Source: Shigella phage vB_Shig_1KOFFS. From it: a stretch of DNA of 48,622 bases. The position numbers and the translations under genes were made by a program. Of the stretch, positions 27,245 through 37,708 are shown one piece after another; within the stretch, counting starts at the first letter, position 1; every line of letters starts with the position of its first letter. The notes beneath the pieces are model-generated. The model was not told the DNA's origin. It searched no databases and was given only the letters and a program-made list of their open reading frames with translations. Location of the stretch: the sequence record PV615260; one strand, 5' to 3'.

Positions 27245-27571
27245 ATGGCCAAGTTCAAAATTCAAATCGGCGGCAACCTCCCTTCTTTCAAGCTGCCCGT
27301 AACTTTCACTTGCCCGGATGGAAAAGAAGCAACCATCACCATGACCGTAAAACACCGCTCCACCGATGAGATGAAAGACTTTTATGAGAGCGAAGATAAA
27401 GCGCCAAAGGGTAACGCCGAGTTTATCCGCTTTATGGCCGAAGGCTGGGATCTTGATGATGAGTTCAACGACGAAAACATTTCCTGGCTTTGCTCACACT
27501 TCCCGGCATTTGTCATGGCGCTGCCGCAAACTTACATGGCCGCGCTTGCGGGCCACCGTGCAAAAGTTTAA
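27245..27571 (+). CDS. Tail assembly chaperone (gpG-like)
   Basis: 108-aa acidic ORF directly upstream of the tape measure gene with an overlapping -1 frame extension. Confidence 0.65.
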   Translation: MAKFKIQIGGNLPSFKLPVTFTCPDGKEATITMTVKHRSTDEMKDFYESEDKAPKGNAEFIRFMAEGWDLDDEFNDENISWLCSHFPAFVMALPQTYMAALAGHRAKV

Positions 27572-27885
27572 GGCGGGCTGTTTATCTCACGCTTCAGCCT
27601 GAGCTAACCGATCGCCAGCTTGCGGAGTACGGGTTAAGGCGATCGGATTATGAAGCAGATCTTGAAACGATCTATTTTGATGAACAGACCGCCCAAAGCT
27701 GGCAGCTATTCAAGGCCATGCAAACGCAATGGCGAATCGGGATGAATGGCCCGACGGGGCTTGACTATAATACGTTGCCACTGCTGTTCGAATTGTATAA
27801 AATCGACAATCGAGAAGCGGCATTACTTGACTTGCAAATCCTTGAGGGTGAATATCTGAAGGAGATTTACAAGAAATCCAAATAA
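27245..27885 (+). CDS. Tail assembly chaperone frameshift product (gpGT-like)
   Basis: ORF 27490-27885 is in the -1 frame relative to 27245-27571 and overlaps its 3-prime end; A4 run at 27562-27565 (GCAAAAG) is a possible slip site. Confidence 0.5.
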
Positions 27886-27907
27886 GCGCCTACGGGCGCT
27901 TTTTTCA
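27885..27907 (+). terminator. Rho-independent terminator
   Basis: AGCGCC tacg GGCGCT stem followed by T6. Confidence 0.7.
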
Positions 27908-27921
27908 TATGGGGGCTAAAC

Positions 27922-30888
27922 ATGGCTGATAAAGTAGCTGGGTTGACGTTTGGCGTTGACGTTTCGCAGGTTGATAAAGCGGTACGATCACTCGCAGAAC
28001 TGAAAAACCAAAGCCAGCAAACTGGCGCTGGCCTACAGTCACTTGCGGACGCTGAAAGGCGGGCCACGGCACAGACCGAGGAAATGAACCGCGCGTTGCA
28101 GCGCCAGAAGCAAGAGACTGACAAATCAAAAACCAGCTTTAGCAGGATCGCAAGCGCCATCGATCCAACGATCGCAAAAATGGCCAACTTGCGCAAAGCG
28201 ACGGAAGAACTTGATAAAGCATGGGCTTTGGGGCTTGTTCCAGATAAGGAATTTTTCCGCCTGGGCGCTATCATTGAATCAACAACCAATAAGCTGAGAC
28301 AGCAGCAGTTGGCTCTAACCGAAGAAGGCCGCGCAGCAATCGCAGAGGCGGAGGCAAAGCAGAAGGCGGCAAACGCCGGGCGTGATTTTGTAGCCAGCCT
28401 GAAACAGCAAGCGGACTCGATCGGAAAGACTCGCGCCGAACTGCTGGAAATGAAGGCGGCGCAATTGGGCGTATCTGCGGAAGCGGCCCCGTTCATTAAT
28501 GCCCTGAAGCAGCAAGAGCAGGCGTTAAAGAAACAGCAAAACGCTATGGGCCTGGCTGGCATTTCTGCCGGGCAATATAAAATGGCCATGCTCCAGTTAC
28601 CGATGCAGATTACTGACGTTGTAACGTCGCTCGCTTCAGGTATGCCAATCTGGCTGGTTGCGGTGCAGCAGGGCGGGCAAATCAAGGACAGCTTCGGAGG
28701 CTTGAGCAATACGTTTAAGGTGTTGTTGAGCTACATCAACCCGCTAACGGTTGGCGCTGCGTCGTTGGGTATCGCGCTGGCAGCAATCGCTAAAGCTGGT
28801 TATGACTCCTGGAAAGCGCAACGAGAACTGGCGAATGCGCTGGTGCTGACTGGTGGCTATGCTGCGACCACCACCGGGCAGATCACAGCCTTAACCGAAG
28901 AGATTAACAAAAACTCATCGGCCACGATTGGCAGCATTCAGGAAATCGCAACATCGCTCGCCAGTTCTGGTAAGTACACCATCAACCAGATTAAGCAGAT
29001 CACGAAGACTACGGCGGAATGGTCGGCGCAGACTGGTGAAAGCGAGAAGACGATCACAGGGTATTTTGATGCCATCGTAAAAGACCCTGTTAAGGGGCTT
29101 GCCGATCTCAATGAGCAGTTTAATTTCCTGAAGGAAGGGCAGTTAACCTACATCGAATCTTTGCGCAAAACCAAAGGTGAGACGGCAGCAGCAGATGCGG
29201 CTACAAAACTGTTTGCTGACACTATGGATAAGCGCCTTAAAGATATCGCGGACAGCGCAACGCCGCTCGAAACGATGTGGATGGATATTAAAAAATGGTC
29301 GGCTGACTCGTGGAAATGGGTAGGCGATCACACGGTAGGGGCGCTAAACCTTATCGTTGACACGGTTTCCGCAATCATCAACACGATCAGGAAGCTGATT
29401 GCCGACGGCGACGCCATGATCGCGCAGTTCATCGTTGACGCTGGCAGACAGCTACAAAAAATCCCCGGAATGGGAGACTTTGGGAATGATTTTCTGGCGC
29501 AGCAGGAGCAGCTAATCAAGGACTCGAAAGCCAAATCCGCTACGCTTGCAAAAACCATTGCGGAACAGCAGGCAAGGATCGCAAAAGGCGAAATGGGTTA
29601 CATTGATGCCGCGAAGGATAAAACCCTTTCCGGTGGGTACAGCAGCAAAACGAAGGATCGCGTAAATCAGGAAGAAAAAGATATCCTGAAAAACCGCAAC
29701 GCCAGGAAGCAGCAGGTAGACGCGGGCGTTAAAATTGATGAGCAGTATCAGGCTGAACTGCTATCGCTACAGGCGCAGTTAAAGGTTTTGCAGCAGCACA
29801 AAGGGCTTGACGACAAGATCAGCCAGCAGCGCAAGGACTACTTCGAGACGGTTGCTAAATTCCAGGTTTTGGAAGAGGCAAGCCAGAAGCGAAAACTGAC
29901 CCAAAGCGAACAGCAGATGCTGGCGAACAAAAAGAATATCCTGTACATGGCGGAACAAAAGGCCATCGTGGGAGATCAGATTGTTCAGCAGCAGCGACTG
30001 AACGCCTTGCTTGACAAGTCGACCAAGTATCAAAACCAGATGGCGGAGAAAACCAAAGCGCTACAGGATACCGCCGGAATGGGTAGCAAGGAGCAGGAGA
30101 GATACCGGGCCAATGCGCAGATGGCGGCTGACTGGAAAAACAGCGGCGGATCTTTAAGTGACCCTGGATTTAAAGCGATGCAGGCCGCAAGCGATAAATT
30201 CTACGCACAGCAAGATGCGCAAATGATGAACTGGAAGGCCGGGTTTACTCACGCGTGGGCTGACATTGGCGACGAAGTTAATGACGTATACACCAACGTC
30301 GGGGATATTACTAAAAACGCATTTAACGGCATGGCGAGCGTGCTGACTGATTTTGTTATGACTGGTAAGGCCAGCTTTAGCGACTTCGCAAGAAGCGTTA
30401 TCGGTGACATTACCAACATGCTTATCAAGATGGCGCTGTTTAACTCGCTTTCTGCCGCGTTTGGTGGTGGTGGTACGTTCAGCTTCGCCAACATGTTCAG
30501 CAAGGGATTTTCTGGCGGCGGTTACACTGGCGACGGCGGGAAGTATGAGCCAAAAGGTGTTGTTCACGGCGGGGAATTCGTGTTCACGAAGGAGGCGACG
30601 CAAAGGTTAGGCCCGGAAAACCTATACCGACTAATGCGCGGCTATGCAAGTGGCGGCCTGGTTGGAGGTAACGCAAGTTCAGGATCTGGAATTACCAACG
30701 GCGGCAACGTTGCGGCATCGGCTGCGATGGTGTTCACTATCGGTGATATTAACATCACGATGGGTTCCGGTCAGGATAGCAAGGGGTTAGAGCAGGGCGT
30801 AAGGCAGATCGTGAACGATATGTTCACCGAGGCTTTGAGCCAAAACGGGCGCATTGCGAAGTTCGTCAATGAGAAAACGAGGAGGTAG
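27922..30888 (+). CDS. Tape measure protein
   Basis: 988-aa ORF, Ala/Gln/Lys-rich helical body with Gly-rich C-terminal region, between chaperone and minor tail genes. Confidence 0.9.
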   Translation: MADKVAGLTFGVDVSQVDKAVRSLAELKNQSQQTGAGLQSLADAERRATAQTEEMNRALQRQKQETDKSKTSFSRIASAIDPTIAKMANLRKATEELDKAWALGLVPDKEFFRLGAIIESTTNKLRQQQLALTEEGRAAIAEAEAKQKAANAGRDFVASLKQQADSIGKTRAELLEMKAAQLGVSAEAAPFINALKQQEQALKKQQNAMGLAGISAGQYKMAMLQLPMQITDVVTSLASGMPIWLVAVQQGGQIKDSFGGLSNTFKVLLSYINPLTVGAASLGIALAAIAKAGYDSWKAQRELANALVLTGGYAATTTGQITALTEEINKNSSATIGSIQEIATSLASSGKYTINQIKQITKTTAEWSAQTGESEKTITGYFDAIVKDPVKGLADLNEQFNFLKEGQLTYIESLRKTKGETAAADAATKLFADTMDKRLKDIADSATPLETMWMDIKKWSADSWKWVGDHTVGALNLIVDTVSAIINTIRKLIADGDAMIAQFIVDAGRQLQKIPGMGDFGNDFLAQQEQLIKDSKAKSATLAKTIAEQQARIAKGEMGYIDAAKDKTLSGGYSSKTKDRVNQEEKDILKNRNARKQQVDAGVKIDEQYQAELLSLQAQLKVLQQHKGLDDKISQQRKDYFETVAKFQVLEEASQKRKLTQSEQQMLANKKNILYMAEQKAIVGDQIVQQQRLNALLDKSTKYQNQMAEKTKALQDTAGMGSKEQERYRANAQMAADWKNSGGSLSDPGFKAMQAASDKFYAQQDAQMMNWKAGFTHAWADIGDEVNDVYTNVGDITKNAFNGMASVLTDFVMTGKASFSDFARSVIGDITNMLIKMALFNSLSAAFGGGGTFSFANMFSKGFSGGGYTGDGGKYEPKGVVHGGEFVFTKEATQRLGPENLYRLMRGYASGGLVGGNASSGSGITNGGNVAASAAMVFTIGDINITMGSGQDSKGLEQGVRQIVNDMFTEALSQNGRIAKFVNEKTRR

Positions 30889-30890
30889 TA

Positions 30891-31235
30891 GTGGATTCCT
30901 TTAAATGGTGTACGCAGATTCAAGGAGGGGCGGCGAAAGTCGCCGTATCCAATAACGTTAGGGCGATCAGCTTCGGAAACGGCTACATCCAAACGGCATC
31001 GAGCGGAATTAACACGAAGCGCCGGACGGTTCCGATCGTTTATGGCGGTTCGGACTGGCAGGCGGTTTATGACTTCTGCCAGGAGCACGTAACAAAGCCT
31101 TTTGTGTGGAAGGCACCGGATGGAAGAATGGGCGTATTCGTCGTAACTGCCGACTCCGTTAACCTTGCGCCGCAGGGTGGCGGAGTGTTTGAGGTAACGG
31201 CTGAATTCGCCGAACGCTTCACTTCAGCCGGATAA
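30891..31235 (+). CDS. Minor tail protein (gpM-like)
   Basis: 114-aa ORF with GTG start after RBS AGGAGG, directly after tape measure. Confidence 0.6.
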   Translation: MDSFKWCTQIQGGAAKVAVSNNVRAISFGNGYIQTASSGINTKRRTVPIVYGGSDWQAVYDFCQEHVTKPFVWKAPDGRMGVFVVTADSVNLAPQGGGVFEVTAEFAERFTSAG

Positions 31236-31239
31236 TCAA

Positions 31240-31269
31240 AAAGCGCCCTTTACGGGTGCTTTTTTTTGG
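31240..31269 (+). terminator. Rho-independent terminator
   Basis: AGCGCCC ttta CGGGTGCT stem followed by T9. Confidence 0.65.
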
Positions 31270-31304
31270 CCTATGATCTGGAGTCAATTAGAGGAGGGCT
31301 TACG

Positions 31305-32057
31305 ATGACAGCCAATGTTTCAAAAGAGTTTGCGAACTGCTTACAAAAACTTTTCCCCGGCGAGATCCTAACGCTGATCGATATCGACGCCACAAAGTTC
31401 GGCGGGCAGGTCTACCGATTCCATAACGAGAACGTCGCCTATACAACCGAGGAGCTTTTGGCAGCGGTTAACGGCGGGACGCTTCAGCCAAAGATGATCA
31501 CGTTTCGCGGTGAGCAGTACGGCCCGCGCCCGTTCGGCCTGGGAGGGATCGCAATGTCGAGCGATGGCACAGTGGAAAAGCCAACGCTGACGGTTAGTAA
31601 TATCGATGCGCAGGCGAGTGCTCTTATTCGCGCCTACAATGGCCTCATGCAAGCCAAGGTTACGGTATGGGTTTTGGTCAAGGAATTGCTACAAAACGAC
31701 GGCAGCGTTAAAGAGGGCGATTTTAGGCGATTTGTCTACTACATCGAGCGCCCAAAACAGGTCGACCCGCAAAAGGCAACGTTCGAATTAACATCCGTGT
31801 TTGATATGGATGGATTAATGATCCCGGCACGCCTAACGCAAACCGTTTGTTATTGGGCGCAGCGTGGGTGGTACAAGTCTGGCAAAGGCTGCGACTACAA
31901 CGGGCAGAACGGATACTTCGACAAGTTAGGAAACAGGGTTGACGACCCGGCGCAAGATGTTTGTGGTGGCCTGGTTTCTTCCTGTAGGCTTCGTTTTGGT
32001 AATGAGCCGTTGAGTTTCGGCGGTTGTGCGACAGCAACGTTAAAGAGTGGTAGCTAA
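31305..32057 (+). CDS. Minor tail protein (gpL-like) with C-terminal Cys cluster
   Basis: Position after gpM-like gene; C-terminal cysteines (CYWAQ, GCDYN, CGGLVSSC) resemble the Fe-S ligands of lambda gpL. Confidence 0.65.
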   Translation: MTANVSKEFANCLQKLFPGEILTLIDIDATKFGGQVYRFHNENVAYTTEELLAAVNGGTLQPKMITFRGEQYGPRPFGLGGIAMSSDGTVEKPTLTVSNIDAQASALIRAYNGLMQAKVTVWVLVKELLQNDGSVKEGDFRRFVYYIERPKQVDPQKATFELTSVFDMDGLMIPARLTQTVCYWAQRGWYKSGKGCDYNGQNGYFDKLGNRVDDPAQDVCGGLVSSCRLRFGNEPLSFGGCATATLKSGS

Positions 32058-32058
32058 T

Positions 32059-32796
32059 ATGTTGACTCCGAAAATCAAAATGCAGATCATGCAGCACGCG
32101 AAAGAAGTTTACCCGCATGAGTGCGCAGGTCTGGTAACGCAAAAATCACGCGTGCAAAAATATCACCGACTCGACAACGTTTCACCAGATCCTGAGAACG
32201 AGTCAATGCCGGACGAAACGCAGTATGCGCTGGCATCAATGGATGGTGAGCCGATCGCGTTCGTTCATTCTCACACTGGCGACGGAGCAACCACGATCCC
32301 AAGCGCTACAGATTTGTGCTTTTGCGATGAGTCTGGCTTGTCTTGGGTTATCGTCTCCATCCCGGAAGGTGACATGCGAATCATTGAGCCGAAACGCCGT
32401 CCGCTGATTGGTCGCCCCTGGGCTTTGGGTGCTTATGATTGCTATGGCCTTATTATGGATTTTCACAAGCGCCACGGCGTCACGCTAAAAGATCGGCGGG
32501 TTCCGTTCGAATGGTGGAAGCCGGAATACAAAGAGAATCTTTACCAGGATTACTGGCAAGAGGACGGATTCATTGAAAACACTGGCGATCCTGAAGTTGG
32601 CGATATGATCATCTTCCAGCTTCAGGCGGAGAAGTGGAATCACGCTGGGATTTACGTTGGAAATAACAACATCCTTCATCATGCATATGGCAAGCTGTCT
32701 CGCCGGGATATCTATTCTGGATGGTACGAGCAGCATAAGGTTTTAATTTGCAGGCACAAGGAGCTTAAACATGGCATCACATACAAAGACGATTAA
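32059..32796 (+). CDS. Tail assembly protein (gpK-like, JAMM/MPN plus NlpC/P60-like)
   Basis: HSHTGDGATTIPSATD metalloprotease-like motif and downstream Cys/His segment YDCYG. Confidence 0.7.
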   Translation: MLTPKIKMQIMQHAKEVYPHECAGLVTQKSRVQKYHRLDNVSPDPENESMPDETQYALASMDGEPIAFVHSHTGDGATTIPSATDLCFCDESGLSWVIVSIPEGDMRIIEPKRRPLIGRPWALGAYDCYGLIMDFHKRHGVTLKDRRVPFEWWKPEYKENLYQDYWQEDGFIENTGDPEVGDMIIFQLQAEKWNHAGIYVGNNNILHHAYGKLSRRDIYSGWYEQHKVLICRHKELKHGITYKDD

Positions 32797-33373
32797 ACTT
32801 TCTGGTTCCCTGGGGCGTCGGTTCGGCGTATTCCACAAACTTGCGGTTGATTCGGTTGCTGAATGTATCCGGGCGCTGTCTTACCAGGTGGAAGGGTTTA
32901 AGCCTTTCATGCAGAGCAAAGTTGGTTCAAACATGCGCTTTGGTATCATCGCAGACGGAAAGCCAATCAGCACGGACGACTTTGCTACTTTCGCCGTGGC
33001 GAGGGAGATCAGAATCATCCCGATCCCAAAAGCCAGAAAGAACGGCGGGTTGTTGCAGGTCGTTATCGGAGCGGCGATTATGGTTGCGGCCTTCTTTACT
33101 GGCGGCGGTTCGCTGGCGGCTATGGGCGCTTTTTCATCCGCTGCATTTATGGCTGGTGGCTCAATGGTTTTGGGTGGCGTAATGCAGATGATCGCCCCGC
33201 AGATGGGCGGCAACATGCGGGCGAGCGAATCACCTGAGAATAAACCATCGTATGCGTTCGGCGGGCCGATTAACACCACGGCGGCTGGGTATCCAATCCA
33301 ATTGCCATACGGTTACAGATTGGCTGGCGGTGCGTTGTTCGGTTCGGGATCTTACGCAGAAGACAACAACTAA
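32771..33373 (+). CDS. Tail assembly protein (gpI-like)
   Basis: 200-aa ORF with Gly/Ala-rich hydrophobic C-terminal half, directly upstream of the J-like gene. Confidence 0.65.
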   Translation: MASHTKTIKLSGSLGRRFGVFHKLAVDSVAECIRALSYQVEGFKPFMQSKVGSNMRFGIIADGKPISTDDFATFAVAREIRIIPIPKARKNGGLLQVVIGAAIMVAAFFTGGGSLAAMGAFSSAAFMAGGSMVLGGVMQMIAPQMGGNMRASESPENKPSYAFGGPINTTAAGYPIQLPYGYRLAGGALFGSGSYAEDNN

Positions 33374-33460
33374 TTAATCCATTCGCTTTTTAGCCTGGGG
33401 GCGTAGCCTCCGGGCTTTTTGTCGTGTACAATTGCGATACTATTAACAGGAGGCTAAACG

Positions 33461-36400
33461 ATGAATAATATCAAGGCCCGAAAGGGCGGTTCAAGCAAGC
33501 CACGTACTCCCGTAGAAATGCCAGATAACCTGATCTCAAAAGATAAGATCAAGTTGTTGCTTGCTGTTTCAGATGGCGAGGTAGTTAACGACTTCAGCCT
33601 GAAGCAGTTGCATTTTGGCGGCGTCCCGGTTCAGAACGAGGATGGAACATTCAACTATGAGGGCGTGATTGCAGAGTTCCGCCCCGGCACGCAAACGCAG
33701 GACTACATTCAGGGCTTCAGCGAGTCAAGCGCTGAGTTCCAGGTTGCTCGTGAAGTCACTCGCAACACGCCTTATACGCTTACCGTATCGAACAAAAATC
33801 TTTCTGCTATTCGCTTTCGCCTGTTATGGCCGCGCGTGCTGACTCAAAAAGATAACGGCGATATGGTCGGATCGGTTGTTGAGTACAAGATCGAGATGGC
33901 GGTAGATGGTGCAAGTTACCAGACCTACCTAACTGGCAAGATTGACGGTAAGAACACGACTGGCGGTTACGATCGGAGCATTCGCGTTAACCTGCCGCAA
34001 AACTTCACGTCGCAGGTGCTTATCCGCGTTAGTCGAGTAACGCCGGACGCTGACGGGGTGAAAGTTGTCGACGCTTTCCGGGTTGAATCCTACGCTGAAG
34101 TTATTGATGCAAAATTCCGCTACCCGTTAACGGCCATGCTTTACGTTGAGTTCGATAGCGATCTGTTCCAGAACCAGATCCCCACCATCTCACTCAAAAA
34201 GAAATGGAAGATTATCCAGGTTCCGAGAAACTACGATCCGATTAATCGCACGTACTCCGGAACGTGGGACGGTGTTTTCAAGTGGGCGTGGAGCAATAAC
34301 CCGGCCTGGGTTCTTTATGATCTGATCATGAATCAGCGCTATGGTTTAGACCAGCGTGAGTTAGGAATCCCGGTTGATAAGTGGTCGCTGTATGAGGTGG
34401 CGCAATATTGTGATGAACTTGTTCCTGACAATCGCGGCGGGATGGAACCGCGCTATTTAATTGATGTAATTGTTCAGTCGCAGGTTGAGGCGTTCCAGTT
34501 GGTAAGGGATATTTGTTCCGCATTCCGTGGAATGACGTTCTACAACGGTGAAAGCCTATCGATCATCGTCGATAAGCCGCGCGATCCTGTGTACCTGTTT
34601 ACGGCTGATAACGTCGTTGATGGCGTTTTCGTTCGGACGTTCCCAAGCGAAAAGACGATGTACACGTCGTGCAACGTCATGTTCGACGACGAAGAAAACC
34701 AGTACGAACAGGATGTTGAGCCAGTATTCAACCCTGACGCAGCCATGCGATTTGGCCACAACCCAACGAGCATTACAGCGATCGGGTGTACCAGAAGGAC
34801 GGAGGCGAACCGCCGTGGGCGTTGGATTTTGCAAACGAACCTAAGCGCTACAACCGTTTCGTTTTCTACTGGCCTGGAAGGTATGATTCCTTCTTGCGGA
34901 GATGTAATTTACGTTGCAGATCCGCACTGGCAATCGGCCTTTAACCTGGTGCTATCAGGCCGCGTTATGGAAGTGTCTGGCGTGCAGGTGTTCCTGGCCT
35001 ACCGCTGCGATGCGAAGGCTGGCGACACTCTAATCCTGAATACCGACGACGGAAAGCCTGTGCGCCGCACAATCGCCAGCGTTTCGGCGGACGGTAAAAC
35101 CCTAACGCTAAACGTGGGATTTAATTTTGACGTTGCGCCGGACAGTGTATTCCTGATCGAGAGCGATCAGCTTGCAGCGGAACAGTATGTAGTAACCCGG
35201 ATTGAAAAGGGTAGTGATGACGACGAATTCACCTTTGCCATCACGGCTACGCAGTACGATCCGAACAAGTATGACGCGATCGACAACGGGGTAATTACCG
35301 ATAGCCGACCAACTTCGATTGTAGACCCGGATTCATTGGGCGCTCCGAAAGACTTAACGATTAGCTCGTTTTCTCGCATTGTTCAGGGAATGAGCGTCGA
35401 AACGATGGTGATCGGCTGGTCTGCTGTACAGTATGCCAAACTGTACGAGGTACAATGGCGCAAGGATGGAGGTAACTGGAACAACGTTCCGCGCACTGCG
35501 ACAACGCAGGTTGATATCGAAGGCATCTATGCTGGCGAGTATCAGGCCCGCGTTAGGTGCATTAGCGGCGGGAATGTAGCGTCTCCGTGGTCTGCATTGG
35601 CAACCGCCACACTGACCGGGAAAGTCGGAGCGCCGAAAGGCCCGATTAACCTTTTTGCGTCGGATGATGAGATCTTCGGTATTCGCGTTAAGTGGGCTAT
35701 GCCAGAAGGAGCGGAAGACACGGCATACATTGAGCTTTACCAGTCGCAAAGCGGAACCGATCAGGACGCAAGCCTGCTTACTCTGATTCCTTACCCGGCG
35801 GCTGAATACTGGCACTCAATTTTGCCAGCTGGCTACGTGAACTTCTACAAAGCCAGAAGCGTAGACCGGATCGGCAACGTTTCAGCGTGGACTGATTACG
35901 CTCGCGGCATGTCGTCGACTGACGTTAACGCCATCACAGATACGATCCTGGATGAGATCCTCGATAGCGACGCGATGAAAGAAATTCAGGAGAGTGCGCA
36001 GGATAGCGCGGCAAAACTCAATGAATACGCGAACAGTATCATTCAAAACGCATTAGCGAATGATGGCGATGTTAGAATAATGAGAAAGGAGAATGGCAAG
36101 AGGAAAGCTGAAATTAAACACGCAGAAGTTCTAATAGCAAATGAGACGGAAGCTAGGGTGCAGCAGGTCAACCAGATCTCGGCAGAGTTCAACGAAAACC
36201 TCAATGCTGGATTAACTCAAGTTAACGAGGCGCTGGCCAATGAAACTGAGGCACGCGTTACTTCTGAGGAGGCTCTATCAGCAAGGATTGGCCAGAACTC
36301 CGCAGCGCTAGACCAGAAGCTCGACTCATGGGCTGACGTTAATGGAGTTGGCTCCATGTATACAATGAAGTTGGGCTTGAGGTACAACGGGCAGGAGTAC

Positions 36401-37165
36401 AATTCTGGTATGGCGCTACAGCTTACCGCGAGTGGTGGAGGCGTTGTTTCCCAGGTGCTATTTATTGCTGATAGATTCGCTATCATCCGAAATGCGGAGT
36501 CTGGAGCGTACACGTTGCCGTTTGTTGTGCAGAATGACCAGGTTTTCATGAATAACGCGCTTATTCAGGATGGTTCGATTACCAACGCGAAGATCGGCAA
36601 CTTTATTCAGTCCAACAACTATGTTTCAGGTAGTCGAGGATGGTCAATAGACAAAAACGGGAATGCTGAGTTCAGCGGCGTAACTGTAAGGGGGCACATT
36701 GAGGCTGATAGCGGTTCATTTCATGGCACCATCGACGCAACCGATGGGATATTCCGCGGCTCGGTTGAAGCAAATAGTTTTGTGGGAGATATCGCGGCAA
36801 TGGGGCCATTCCCGACGAGAGTTGGGTCGACATGGAAATCACGAGTCGTGCACCATGATTCAAGTGAAAAAGGAGGGAAAAACTACGCAATTCTCGGACT
36901 AATTCGCTGGGATGCTGGCGACAAGACTGGCTCGGTTATCGTTGAGTGTTATGTTAATGGCGTAAGGGTATCTTCTCAAACGTATAATGGCAGAGATGCA
37001 GGGGAATCAACCCGTGCTCGCCTAACTGCTGTAGGTGTTGCGACGGGAATCAACACGAAGGATACTTTGGTTGAGATTGTCGTAAGTGGGACTGGCACCA
37101 GCTCCCTTGAGGCTGGTTACTGCATTATGTCTCGAGGCTCCGGATCGTGGGAGGTGGTAGCATAA
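33461..37165 (+). CDS. Tail tip / host specificity protein (gpJ-like central fibre)
   Basis: 1234-aa ORF at the end of the tail module, conserved position after K and I homologues; RBS AGGAGG. Confidence 0.85.
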   Translation: MNNIKARKGGSSKPRTPVEMPDNLISKDKIKLLLAVSDGEVVNDFSLKQLHFGGVPVQNEDGTFNYEGVIAEFRPGTQTQDYIQGFSESSAEFQVAREVTRNTPYTLTVSNKNLSAIRFRLLWPRVLTQKDNGDMVGSVVEYKIEMAVDGASYQTYLTGKIDGKNTTGGYDRSIRVNLPQNFTSQVLIRVSRVTPDADGVKVVDAFRVESYAEVIDAKFRYPLTAMLYVEFDSDLFQNQIPTISLKKKWKIIQVPRNYDPINRTYSGTWDGVFKWAWSNNPAWVLYDLIMNQRYGLDQRELGIPVDKWSLYEVAQYCDELVPDNRGGMEPRYLIDVIVQSQVEAFQLVRDICSAFRGMTFYNGESLSIIVDKPRDPVYLFTADNVVDGVFVRTFPSEKTMYTSCNVMFDDEENQYEQDVEPVFNPDAAMRFGHNPTSITAIGCTRRTEANRRGRWILQTNLSATTVSFSTGLEGMIPSCGDVIYVADPHWQSAFNLVLSGRVMEVSGVQVFLAYRCDAKAGDTLILNTDDGKPVRRTIASVSADGKTLTLNVGFNFDVAPDSVFLIESDQLAAEQYVVTRIEKGSDDDEFTFAITATQYDPNKYDAIDNGVITDSRPTSIVDPDSLGAPKDLTISSFSRIVQGMSVETMVIGWSAVQYAKLYEVQWRKDGGNWNNVPRTATTQVDIEGIYAGEYQARVRCISGGNVASPWSALATATLTGKVGAPKGPINLFASDDEIFGIRVKWAMPEGAEDTAYIELYQSQSGTDQDASLLTLIPYPAAEYWHSILPAGYVNFYKARSVDRIGNVSAWTDYARGMSSTDVNAITDTILDEILDSDAMKEIQESAQDSAAKLNEYANSIIQNALANDGDVRIMRKENGKRKAEIKHAEVLIANETEARVQQVNQISAEFNENLNAGLTQVNEALANETEARVTSEEALSARIGQNSAALDQKLDSWADVNGVGSMYTMKLGLRYNGQEYNSGMALQLTASGGGVVSQVLFIADRFAIIRNAESGAYTLPFVVQNDQVFMNNALIQDGSITNAKIGNFIQSNNYVSGSRGWSIDKNGNAEFSGVTVRGHIEADSGSFHGTIDATDGIFRGSVEANSFVGDIAAMGPFPTRVGSTWKSRVVHHDSSEKGGKNYAILGLIRWDAGDKTGSVIVECYVNGVRVSSQTYNGRDAGESTRARLTAVGVATGINTKDTLVEIVVSGTGTSSLEAGYCIMSRGSGSWEVVA

Positions 37166-37262
37166 AGCAATTCACCACCACGCTCTTGGTGATATTATTT
37201 TATCAGAGAGAGGGCATACATATCTGCGTACAGAAAAGGAAATAGAATAGTAGTCTAGTGAC

Positions 37263-37290
37263 AAAAGCGCCCGGCTGGGCGCTTTATTTT
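37263..37290 (+). terminator. Rho-independent terminator ending the structural operon
   Basis: GCGCCC ggct GGGCGC stem followed by TTTATTTT. Confidence 0.75.
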
Positions 37291-37310
37291 AATATGAATA
37301 ATAGATGTGG

Positions 37311-37336
37311 AAAAGGGGCCGAATGGCCCCTTTTTC
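37311..37336. terminator. Bidirectional rho-independent terminator
   Basis: GGGGCC gaat GGCCCC stem flanked by an A-run and a T-run; can terminate the convergent - strand operon. Confidence 0.75.
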
Positions 37337-37492
37337 TTATGTTGTATTGATATACTTATATTTCATATCGCAAAAATGTGGATGTTTTTTCGTCAACTCC
37401 TGTTTTTTCGGCCTGCGCTAACCGTTGCAGGCCGTAGTTTGTGTGAATTGTTGCGTATGCTATTATTTTTACCAATAAATTTATAAAATTGA

Positions 37493-37708
37493 TTATTCGC
37501 TGTAAAGTCCGTTTCCACCTTCGCACATGATGTAATAACCACCAGGTTGTGGGTCATATTTTTGCATATACTCTTCTGTCACAACAATAGGGTCTGAAAT
37601 CTCCTGACCACTTTCCAGAATTAACGTACACTGACCATCTGTGACATCACCTACACTTGCAATTTTTAATGAAAATACTGGTGTAATTTTTTCAACGTTG
37701 CTTTCCAT
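37493..37708 (-). CDS. hypothetical protein (71 aa) downstream of tail fibre
   Basis: Small ORF immediately after the fibre gene on the - strand. Confidence 0.45.
   Translation of the reverse strand: MESNVEKITPVFSLKIASVGDVTDGQCTLILESGQEISDPIVVTEEYMQKYDPQPGGYYIMCEGGNGLYSE

Noticed and set aside
27867-28709. 280-aa antisense ORF inside the tape measure gene, plus other antisense ORFs in structural genes
   Set aside because: They lie fully within strongly supported sense-strand genes, lack RBSs and have low-complexity Ala/Ser/Cys-rich composition typical of antisense frames of GC-rich coding DNA.
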